DNA from: Lama guanicoe
Lineage: Eukaryota
Direction: 5' to 3'
Assembly: GCA_013239625.1 (NCBI GenBank)
Contig: MU053472.1
Span: 2,453,822-2,517,821 of the forward strand
Length of the DNA: 64,000 bases
The position numbers and the translations under genes are program-made. This document shows, in pieces, positions 1-60,882 of this stretch. Numbering within the stretch: the first letter of the stretch is position 1; every line of letters starts with the position of its first letter. The notes under the pieces were generated by a model that was not told the DNA's origin, ran no database searches, and saw nothing but the letters and a program-made list of their open reading frames with translations.

Positions 1-260
1 ACACGAAACTGCTGGCACTGGAGGTAGGAGAAGGGGCCATAGCAAGAGATGTATGTGGTCTCTAGAAGCTGGCAAAGGGAAGAAAATAGATTCTCCCTTA
101 GAGTCTCTAGAAACAATAACCCTGCAGACACCTTGACTTTATAGTCCAGTAAGACTGATTTTGGATTTCTGAACTCCAGAACTGTTAAGATAATAAATGT
201 GTGTTGTTTTAAGCCACTAAGCATGTAGTAATTTGTTACAGCAGCAACAGGAAACATACA
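1..260 (+). mobile_element. MaLR LTR (MLT1-type), 3' part
   Basis: tctagaagctgg...gattctcccttagag...ccagaactg...aataaatgtgtgttgttttaagccactaag...taatttgttacagcagcaacaggaaac. Confidence 0.8.
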
Positions 261-711
261 AATACTGCAAATGAAAATGCATTTAAAATGAGACTATTAG
301 TGACTAATTTCCTAATTCTTTATTATTAAGTAAAATATTCAAGTTACTGTGTAACACACTAAAAGAGAATAATACCCGTACTTGTGACTTTATTAGAGAT
401 GTGCCGTTTTCTACAATAACTCAGAGAAACAATAGGATATCACTTATTTTCTCTTCTAGTAAAATGCAATCTATAAATTCATCTAGAAAAGTTATGTCCC
501 TCCTCTGGCAATTTGTAGATTACTGTATTATTTTGGCAAATCAAAATAGAAAGGAATATAAAATGATCTGCAAAGTTTAGGTACAAGTAACTCAACAGCA
601 TATGCAGAAACCTGTACAAATATTTTATGATCAAAGTTGCCTTTTAAAATAAGTAAACACATAAAATAATTCATAGCACCAGCTCTGATATCAACAAAGT
701 ATAAGAATGGT

Positions 712-1260
712 TGTACAGTTGCCACTGTAACAAATTACCACAAACTTGTTGATTTGAAATGACATACATTATCTTCTGACAGTTCTGGAGGCCAGAAGTC
801 CCAAATCAGATTTATTGAGTTGAAAACAAAGAGCTAGTCATTAGGCCAAAAATCAAGGTACTGGCAAGGCTATGCTCTCTCTGGAGGCTCAAGGGGAAAT
901 CTGTTTCCTTGTCTTTGCCAGCAGCTAGAACTGTAATCCTTGCCTCATGACCTCTTCTTCAAAGTCATCAGCATAGTCATTTCTCTCTGACTTTGCTTCC
1001 CTCTGTTTCCATCACATGGCCTTCTCCTCTTCTGTGTCTAATCCAACTTCCCTTTGTCTCCCTCTTATAAGGACACAGATGATAGCATAACCTGGCATAA
1101 CCCAGGATAATCACTCCATCTCAGGATCCTTAACTTCATCACAAATGCAAAGGTTTTTTTTGTTTTGCTTTTGCCATATAAGGCAACACTCACAGGTTTC
1201 AGAAATGTTCACAGGACATAGATGCTTTGGGAGTCGTTACTCAGCCTGTAATCAACCACA
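712..1260 (-). mobile_element. MaLR LTR (MLT1-type)
   Basis: gtaacaaattaccacaaactt...cagttctggaggccagaagtcc...ctcttataaggacac...caggataatc...tccttaacttcatcaca. Confidence 0.75.
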
Positions 1261-1306
1261 ATCATCAAGGTTTATTTTAAATTTGCAAACCTTTATGAAC
1301 AATTCA

Positions 1307-51119
<49,813 letters not shown>

Positions 51120-51919
51120 TTAGTAATGATTTATAGCCAAAAAAAAAAAGTTAATTTGCTTTTCTTTTTTACAAAGTTATACTACAAAAATGCACATTTT
51201 CTTTAACCTAGAAATTCTACTTCATCATCTAAAGGAAAAAAAACGGATGTGAGCAAAGATTTAACTATAGGAAATGTTCTTCACAGCACTGTTTACAATA
51301 GAAAAAGCTGCAAATAGAGGAACCAGTTAAACAAGTTAGGTACACCCACACATACAATTATAACATAGCCACCAAAATAAACAAAGGCGGGGGAGTGGGT
51401 TTAATGCAAAAGGTAGGCTAACAAAAGTACTATTTTTTAAAGGGAAGAAGAGTTTCTTTGATCAAAAAAGTCTAGGTGTACAACAGAATTAAAGATGACC
51501 TAATTTTTATCATTTATTTTCCCCTCTCTATAAAAAATTAAATACAAATATATTTTCCCATTTTATTATTTCTGAAATTGGGCTGAATACAATTAGTCAA
51601 GCATTTAAGTACCGGTCTCCCCCATCCCCAATGAAAAGTTATTTTAAACCACTAATGAGTCTTACAATTGAAGGCATCCTAGAATCAAAGTTATACACAA
51701 AAACAGAACATCTTATGAAATTCAGACAGAAAATTTACTTTCAGGGACTAGGACTAGAGTAATTAAGCAAGGATCTTTAATCTTTCTAAATTTATAATAC
51801 TATCCTATAGCACTTGAATTGTATCACAACTCTCTAATTTTTAAAATTTATGAATTCTATACATTTAATCAGTGATTATATCTTTCCCCATCCCAATAGC
51901 TTTTGTTGCTTTAAAACAA

Positions 51920-52160
51920 ACTTATTTTCAGAATAATTTTGAATTTAAAGAAAAGTTACAATGATAGTTTAAGAGTTTCCATATACCCTTTACCCAGTTT
52001 CCCCTAATGTACATAACCATGCTACATTTGTCAAACAAGTAATTAACACTGGCACACTACTATTAACTAACTCCAGTCTTTCTTGATTCACCAGATTTTT
52101 CCACTTATCTCCCTTTTCTGTTCCAGAGTTCAATCCAAGATTCCACACTGCATCTAGCCA
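51920..52160 (-). mobile_element. Old L1 3' UTR fragment
   Basis: ttattttcagaataattttgaatttaaagaaaagttaca...ccatataccctttacccagtttccccta...ctattaactaactccag. Confidence 0.6.
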
Positions 52161-52348
52161 ATATTTTTTGTTCCAGCTTTATTGAGATATGATTAATGAG
52201 GACAATAGTTTTTAATAGGAAAATTATTTACATTATTTAATAAATAAACTAAGCTTGTTTCTTCTGCTTAAAGACTAATAAGTCTATTAGGATAACTATC
52301 CGTTGAGTAATTACAAAGACTATAGACATTTGCTTTGGTGTAAGAGTG

Positions 52349-52559
52349 CAGTTGATCCTTGAACAACACAGGGGCTAGGGCTATCAACTCTCCCCATACA
52401 GTGGAAAACACACCTAGTCTGCCCTTCATATTCAAGGTTCTGAATCTGCAAATCTGACCAACCAGCGATCATGTAGTATTACAGGATTTACTACTGAAAA
52501 AAAATCTGCATATAATTGGACTTATACAGTTCAAACCCTTATTTTTCAAGGGTCAACTG
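52349..52559. mobile_element. TcMar-Tigger MITE (Tigger2/MER8-related TIRs)
   Basis: TIRs cagttgatccttgaacaa ... ttttcaagggtcaactg, followed by TA. Confidence 0.75.
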
Positions 52560-54200
52560 TATAAATCTAAAATAATCACCAAGTCAAGATAGAAGACTGT
52601 AAATTAGTAACTTGGAGAAGGAGCTGTCCATCCAAAAACAGACCATTCCAAATGACCATTTAAAGCAAACTCGATTTTATTATTGCTTTCCAGCAGTAGT
52701 AAGGAACCTACACTGCAAAACAGACCAAAAAAAAGTGCCAAACACAAACTTAACTCCAAATGCTTAAAACAAACAACCCCCTCCAAAACACAAACATTAA
52801 AATAACTGCATTAAACTCAGTACTACATTCAGATGTAAATGCACAATACACTAAGCCACCAAGGCAAGTATTATTCCTTTACTCAGTAAGTATCTTATGG
52901 CAAAGCACACAGCATTATTTATATTAAGCACAATTATTACAGTTATAGTAAGTAATACAACAAAAATCAGGTACAGAATGCTAACCGACTGTCTTACCAA
53001 GAGCTAGATAATGAAAATAAAGTTTTAATTTCTAAGGGGGGGACAGAATCACACTTGGGTAACATCATAGAAGTTATTATTACATCCTATAGTGCCTAAC
53101 ACCAGCCTGCTCCCCAATATCTATTACTTCCTCAACCTTATGTCTTACTAGTCTCCCTCAAATACTTTCCCTTCTCCCTCAATTGGCCTCTCTGCTGTTC
53201 CTCAAACACACCAGGCTTTTGCACATACTGTTACTTGATTTGGAACACTCCAGATAGCTATATTCACCTTCATCAAGCTTTTGTTTAAATACCTTTTAGG
53301 TGAGATCTTCTCTGATCACCATAGTTTAAACTGCCCTTCAATTCCTCTTCTGGGATTTGTTTTGGTTAAAGAAATAATCACAATCTAACATTATTTATTT
53401 CTTATAGTCACTGAGAATGTAAGCGCTATTGGAGGAGCGCTTTGTTCAGTCGCCTCTGTTCAGTATTGTATCCCCAGCATTTAGAGTAGGTCCTTGGCAC
53501 ATAGGAGGTACACGCTAACTACTGCAGAATAAAGTCTGTATCTGAACTACTTATTTTTTTTCTAACCAAACGTAACTCCTTTTCTTATCAAGTCTACAAC
53601 TATATAGTTGTACAAGCCAGAAATATGTCATCCTAAATTTTTCATTTTTCCTAAACTCCCTACATTCAACTAATCCATCACCAACTCCTACTGATTCTAG
53701 TTCTTAATGATTATTTGTTTTTTGTTCTTTGTCTTTTTAAGGTCTGAGTAACTGTTAAAATCCCTAACTTATCTTTCTTGCTTTACACTGCTGCCAGTGA
53801 TCTTTCTAAAAATTAATTCTAATCATGTAATTGGGAGGTCTGAAATCAGTATTTCCCCAATGCCTTTAGGACTAAGTCAAAAAAACCTTAGCATAGCACT
53901 TTAGACCCTTCACAATCTAACCCTTGTCAAACTCTCTAGACAGATACCTAATCCACCAAGAACTATCCCTTTATTTAACATAAATTCCTCCCCAGTTTTT
54001 AATCATTCTTCAAAACTCCTTCAAGCATCATTTCTGTGCTCCCGTAATATTCTATGCTTATTACATTTATCATAGTACTATTAACTGAACTCCCTGTCAG
54101 GTTGTCAGTTAATAAAAGGAATTATAACTTTAGTATCTGTGCAAGATTGAGTATTGGCCCCAATTCTTCACCTCTTTCTAATTTATTTAATCACAGTAAA

Positions 54201-54205
54201 GCGCG

Positions 54206-54240
<35 letters not shown>
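54201..54240. repeat. (GC)n(AC)n microsatellite
   Basis: gcgcgcgcgcgcgcacacac..., read directly. Confidence 0.95.
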
Positions 54241-54244
<4 letters not shown>

Positions 54245-55575
54245 CATAAACTCTACCATCTTAACCATTTTTAAGTGTATCACTCAGTAGTATTAAATAT
54301 ATTCATATTGTTGTGAAACAGATCTTCAGAACTCTGTCTCATCTTGCAAATCTGAAACCACACTCATTTAACAATTCCCCTTTGCTCCTCCCCTCAGCCT
54401 CTTGTAACCACGTTATACTTTCTGTTTCCATGAACTTGACTACTTTGGACACCTCACGCAAGTAGAATCATACAATATTGTCTTTTCGTGACTGGTTTAT
54501 TGCACTTAGCATAGTGTCCTCAAAGTTTATCCATGGTGTAGCATGTGACAGGATTTCTTTCCTTTTAAAAGATGAATAATAATTCATTGTATGTGTATAA
54601 CACATTTTGTTTAGCCACTCATCCATCAATAGATATCTAAGTTGCTTCTACCTCTTGGCTATCAAGCATAATGCTGTTGACATGTTGTGCAAATATATTT
54701 TCAAAGTCTTGCTTTCAATTCTTTTTGATAGACTTGGAAACAGATTTGCTGATCATTTGGCAGTTTCGTTATTAATTTTCGAAAACATCTCTGTATCGTT
54801 TTCCATAGTGATCACACAATTTTACAACGCCAACAGCACAAAGGTTCCAATTTCTCTATCCTCACTAGCACTTGTTATTTATTTTTTTTTTAGCAGTAGC
54901 CATCCTAACAGATGTGAGGTGGTATCTCATTGTGGTTTGACTTGATTTGTATTTCTCTGATTAGTGATGTCGAACATCTTCTTACATGCTTATTGGCTAT
55001 TTGTATATGTTCTTTGAAGAAATGTCTATTCAAGTCTTTTTTTCTTTTTTATTGAGTTTGATATTTTGTTGAGTTGTAGGAGTTATTTTAAATGCTAGAT
55101 ATTAATGCCTCATCAGATATATATGATCTGCAAATATTTTCTCCCACTTCATAAACTGCCTTTCCACTATTATGTCCTTTGATGAACAAAGGTTTTTTTT
55201 ATATAGTCTCATTTGTCTATTTTTGCTTTTGTTGCTTGTGTTTTTAGTGTCATAAGCATAAAATCATTGCCAAATCCAGTGTCATGAAGATTTTCCCCTA
55301 TGTTTTTTCCTATAAGTTTTATAGTTTTAGGCCCACATTTAGGTTTTTAATCCATTTTGTTAAATTTTTGTATATAGTATAAGGGCCCAACTTCATTCCT
55401 TTGCAGAGAATGTCCTTTCCCCACTGAATGGTCCTGTGGGCACCCACGCTGAAGATCATTTGATCATATACACAATAATTTATTTTTGAACTTTCTATTT
55501 TATTCCATTGATTTACACATCTTTATGCCAGTACCGCACTATTCTGATTACTGTAGCTTTGTAATATGTTTTGTT
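54241..55575 (-). mobile_element. Old L1 (L1MB-like) 3' part
   Basis: accatcttaaccatttttaagtgta...ggtatctcattgtggtttg...aatgtctattcaagtc...atgccagtaccgcactattctgattactgtagctttgtaata. Confidence 0.85.
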
Positions 55576-55579
55576 CACC

Positions 55580-57330
55580 CTTCTCATTATCCAGACTTTG
55601 TAGTGAAATAAGAGGTGAAATAAACATCCTCAACCCTTGACTTAGGCTTCCTTTGTGACTTACTTTGGCCAAGCAAGAGCTCAAAATATGCTTCTGTGAT
55701 TTGGTTTGCCTTCTGGTGTTCTTTCATCACCGTAAGAACATGCCCTGACTGGCTCAGTGGTCTAAAGTGAACCATGCGGAATACATCTCTACCCACACTA
55801 TACCTTCACTATAGTGTGACAAGACTAGCTAACCCCTGGTTGACCCACAGGTACATTAATGATAATACGTAACTGCTGTTTTAAGCCCCTATGTTTTGGG
55901 GGTGCTTTGTTACACAGCAATAGCTGATACAGAAAAGTTGCCACTATGACAAAAACCTGAATATGTGGCATTGATTTTGGAATCGGATGACTGATAGCAA
56001 GGAATATAAAACTCTGAAAAACTGAGGAAAATGGTAACCTATGTTACATAATGGAGAAATTCTTCATAGAAATGTTGCCTGAAATAGTCTGGACTGAAGA
56101 AAATGTGCCTAACAAACTTAAAGTTGGGAGAACACATCAAGTCACAATGTAATTCGCTTGTTTTTTTTCTTTTTTCTGTTATAAAACTTTTATTATTTTT
56201 AACAGTAACATGTGTACACTCTAGGAATAAGGAAAAATACAAACAGGCTGAAATTTAAAAAAATCACTCATAATTGTACCACTGACTGCACTTTTTGTCT
56301 CATCCTTCACATGTTCTTCTGTGCTTATATGTAATATACAACTGTACTCTTCCCTCTCAAAAATGATATTCACATGTTACTTAGTAACCTTTTTTTTTTC
56401 CATTTTATACCCTGTTGGGAACCTCTTTTTGTACAAATGAGTAAAGTTCTCCTATTAAAAGGCTGACGTTTGTAGATTAGGTTGAAATACAATTAACAAT
56501 GAGATGCCTCTAAAACCACTAATAGCAACAAGTTAAAAATAGAAAGGTAGACAAAGGTATATAAGAAAAATGCAAATCAAAAGAAAGCAACATCAACATT
56601 GGAAAAAATAAAAATTAAAGTGAACTACATTAAATAGAAGTAAGGATAGTTTCAATTAACCTTCCAATTCATCACTATACATTTGTTTCTTACTCTCCCT
56701 TATCTTGCCTATTTCATTCACTTCTCTAAACATCTTTGTTGCTTAAATGTCTGTTGTGTTTATCTTCTTTAAATTCCTAGAGAGATAATTAGCCACTCTC
56801 CAAAAATTCCTTCTGTTGTTTCCTCTTACTCTGGCTTTCCTGCCTCCTCTGGCTTTTCCTCGGTCTTTGGCTCTTCCTCAAGCTTTGATTCACTCTCATT
56901 TTCTGGTTTTCCTTCAATTTTTTGACAGAGTTTCATCTTGGCTGTCTTTCTTCCTTCCTTCCTTTCTTCCTTTCTTTTTTTCTGTGAATTCCTCTTTGAA
57001 AACAATTATTTCTGTACTGATCCTGTTACTTTCTTTCTTGCCTTTTCTAGCCCTGAGTACTGCTATGTCCAGACCTGCAAAGTTCCGGCAAGCTGACTTC
57101 TCCTCCTAGTTTCAGGCCCTGCTGTCTGCACTGCTAAAGGAAACTGGTATCCAGACAGGAATAAGGACCAGACTTCAAAATGTAATATCATTGTCACTAG
57201 CTGTATTCTGATAAAGTATTCAAAAAAGAGAGAAGAACTCAGAAAAGAACTCGCTGGCTTGCAGGCATAATTTAAAGGAAATGCTAACAGTCCAGAAACT
57301 GTTGGGCTAGAAAATAAAAATGTTTCTCAA
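55580..57330 (+). mobile_element. MaLR LTR plus internal sequence, interrupted by the TCEAL9 retrocopy
   Basis: LTR end ...ctgttttaagcccctatgttttggggg...tgttacacagcaatagctgataca, then internal-like acaaaaacctgaatatgtggcattg; resumes after 57186. Confidence 0.55.
56154..57174 (-). pseudogene. TCEAL9: TCEAL9 (WBP5) processed pseudogene in MED13 intron 3; decayed CDS at 56936-56625
   Basis: The minus strand reads MKLCQKIEGKPENESESKLEEEPKTEEKPEEAGKPE*EETTEGIFGEWLI, then frameshifted EFKEDKHNRHLSNKD, FREVNEIGKIR and RVRNKCIVMNWKVN*NYPYFYLM*. This matches TCEAL9/WBP5 as recalled (MKSCQKMEGKPENESEPK...RWKVNRNHPYPYLM). There are no introns; AATAAA lies at 56194-56189 followed by an A-rich tail; the TSD is tcacaatgtaat (56142-56153) / tcaaaatgtaat (57175-57186). 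Confidence 0.9.
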
Positions 57331-58880
57331 CAATTTGATGGTGTGGCTTATATTTCTAACACAGACCAAGAAAAAGCCCAAATCAAGAGTGTGATTGCAG
57401 TATGTTTTGTTAAGAATACCAAACATGACTCTTGATACCAACTGAAACATTAGGATTTTTAAAAAGTTCTCCAAAGTCTCCATATATTTACTTTCCTCAA
57501 AGAACATTATCCAGAGAAAACAAACACATATGCAACTGATCTTCTTACTAAATGTGGGAATGCATATGTAACCATATTTTTGCTTTTCTTTCTTCTGTAT
57601 GTCCTTTTTTCTAACAATTCTATGGCTGCTAAGGTTGAGCTGCAGAGCATATAAATACACAACATACTTTCTACACAGTATTTTTATCTTAGCAAACCAC
57701 TAATGCTTAATTTCTGAGAGGGATATATCCATTATATGTACTGACTTAAAACAGGCAGAAATCAATTTTCTAAGCATTTCTCTCACTGAACAATAAAAAA
57801 GGATATGGGAATTTAAAAGCAAGACAAAATACTAAAAAAAAAAGTTAAGAAAAATTCATATTCAACTGGAATAAATATGTATTTTTTAACATTATAAGCT
57901 TTTTACATGTTTTTCAGGAAACATTAAAGACAAATTTCTTGGCAGATGGGGCAAAATTTGAGGTTTTTTTTACAGGAATATTAGCTAAAAATACTTTATG
58001 CCAAAGAAAACATTTATTAAGGAAGTGACTCAAGCAAGAATAATCTATTACATAGAGAAATTGTAATCTGATTAATTTTAGGAATCAAGCAAATATGCTA
58101 TACAAATTATCGTGAATCCTGTGTGCTTTCTCAGTAACTCAACAGCAGATTCCAAAATCTGAATTGCAAATACTTCCAAGAACATTTGCAAGTATAAGCA
58201 ACAACCTAAAACAGTCCCATGTTCTTTATCTTTAAAAGACAAAGAGACTAGAAGACTTGAATTTTTATCTTCTTATTCACTGTTCCTTTAGTGAATTAGT
58301 TCTTAAAAATATAGCTTTCAACCCTGTTTCGTTTCATACATAAAATATTAAATGAGAATAAAAAAAGATTTTGCCACGACATAAAAAGGAGCAAATAATG
58401 CTAAAACTTTTCCTAAAGAGAGTATTATAATCTGGGAAACGTTAAAAAGTTTATTACTTAAATTTTGATATCTTGTATATATCAAAATCATGGCCCATAA
58501 AAATGAAGGCCCAATATAATCTTTCCATACGTCCATTGGGCACTCGACTATCCTAACTTTTAAATCAGAAAATAAAATTTGGCTCTATGATAGTGATAAA
58601 TCTCTCTCCAAGAGGTCTTTGTAAAAACCCAATATTCCAACAGATGTGATCAGTCTCTCCACTCCCACTGTTTACCTGCACTGCCCTACTTAACAGCAAG
58701 CTCTCAATTCCAGTTGCCTATTTTAAGAAAAATATCACCTACTACACTGCTAGCATATGTTCCAATACAGTCTGACTTAACTGTAATACAAAATGGTTTA
58801 AAATAAACCAAGTTTGTGCATGTTATAGGAGAAAAAACTAAACATTCTAAAAATGGGATAAAATTCCTGAAATTCTTATA

Positions 58881-59402
58881 CAGGCATACCTCACTTTACC
58901 GTACTTCACAGACAATTCCATGTTTTATAAATTGAACTGTGTCGAGCAAGTCTGTAGGCACTGTTTTTTCAACAGCATTTGCTCACTTCATGTACTGTGT
59001 CATATCTTGGTAATTCTCACAATATTTCAAACTTTTTCATTATTATTGTATTTGTTATGGTGATCTGTGATCAGTGATCTCTGATATTAATATTGCAAAA
59101 AGATTATGTCTTACTGAAGGTTCAGATGATGGTCAGCATTTTTTAGCAATAATTTTTTTTTAGATTTCATCCTATTTTAATTCTAAATTGCCTTCTTTTG
59201 CAATAATGTATTTTTAATTAAGTTACATACTTTTGTTTCAGACATAATGCTACTGCACGTTAACAGACTCGTTTAGTTAATATAAACATAACTTTTATGT
59301 GCACTGGGAAATCAAAATATTTCTTGGGGCTAGATTCATTATGATATTTGCTTTATTGTGGTGGTCTGGAACAGAATCTGTAATATCTCCAAGGTAAGCC
59401 TG
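58881..59402. mobile_element. Tigger1 internal-deletion derivative
   Basis: TA|caggcatacctc ... aaggtaagcctg|TA with TA TSD; internal gagcaagtct...caacagcatttgctcacttc...gtgcactgggaaa. Confidence 0.85.
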
Positions 59403-60000
59403 TATTAAAGGTAATCATCTAGTCAGAAAATATTACAGGCCAAAGTGATTGTTAGGTAACACTGTCAAAGTGAATTCACAACAGACTACCTTTCAAGGAT
59501 CATTATAGCATCACCCCATTTTTGGTACTTAAGCACTTAAAGTGGAGTTAAAACAAGTATGTGTAACTACAATGAGAATCCAAGGTACTGTTAGCTACTA
59601 AAAAGTAATGCAGAGAATAAAATTGCTCTCCAAGAGCTTTTACTTAAATAACCAAAACAAAAAAAGTATGCGTGAGGCAGATGAAACGTGAACAGCCGAT
59701 CTGTTGTAAAAATGTTCCTTAAGTACTAAAATTAAACAAAAGATTATTTCTAAGACAGAAAATGAAAATATGTTTATAGATTAAAGTTAGCTATTCTAAT
59801 AACGTAACAGTTTAACATGTATACTGGTTTAGGAGGTGTCATATCTAATGTATTTTTTTGCACTTCTTGTGGGTAGGTATAGAAAGATGATATCCCAGTT
59901 TGCTGGTAAGAAATTCAAGGCACAAAAAAGTTAAATGGTTTGTCTTAAAATCATGAAACTAGTTAAAGGGAATGTCGACTTAAAATCATAGTCATCCTAA

Positions 60001-60882
60001 CAACCGATTAAAAATGGGCAAAGGACTTCAACAGCCATTTCTCCAAAGAAGATAGACAAATAACCACCAACCACATGAAAAGATGCTCAACATCACTAAT
60101 TATTTAGGAAATACAAATCAAAACTGCAATGAGATAACCACTTCACACCCATAAGAATGGCTACTATTAAAAACAGAAGAAAAGGAAAAGAAAAGAAGTG
60201 TTGGTGAGAATGTGGAGAAACTGGAATCCTGCACTACTGGCAGGAATATAAAATGGTGTAGCCACTGTGAAAAAGACTACTGCGATTCCCCAAAAATAAA
60301 TAAATAAAAATAGAATTATTACAAGAGCCAGCAATTCCACTTCTGGGTATTTTCCCAAAAGAACTGAAAGCAAGGCCTTGAACAGATATTTCTGCACTAA
60401 TATTTATAGCAGCATTATTCATAATAGACAAAAAATGGAAATAATCCAAATGTCAATCAACAGATGAATGGATAAACAAGACGTAGTATAAAAATACAAT
60501 GGAATATTACTCAGCCTTAAAAAGAAATGAAAGTACATGCTAAAACTTGGATGAGAACCTTGAGGACATTATGCTAAATGAAATAAGCCAGACACAGTAA
60601 GACAAATACTATATGATTCCATTTATATAAGACACCGAAAACAGTTAAATTCATAGAGACAGAAAGTACCACAGGCTTGGAAGGGAAAAAATAAGAATTA
60701 TTATTTAACAAGCAAATTTTTAGTTTGGGATGATGAAGTAGTTCTGGAGGCAGATAATGGTGATAAGCTGCACTACAATGTGAATGTACTTAATGCCACT
60801 GAGCCATACACTGAAAAATGGCTATGGCTACAATGGTCAGTTTTGCTCTGTATATAGCACGACAATGCAAAAAAAGAACCCC
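60001..60882 (+). mobile_element. Old L1 (L1MB-like) 3' part with TSD
   Basis: aaaaatgggcaaaggactt...aaaagatgctcaacatcactaat...gatgaatggataaac...aatgtacttaatgccactga; TSD agtcatcctaa (59990-60000 / 60883-60893). Confidence 0.85.

Noticed and set aside
56816..57109. 97-aa Leu/Phe/Ser-rich plus-strand ORF
   Set aside because: Antisense shadow of the purine-rich TCEAL9 retrocopy.
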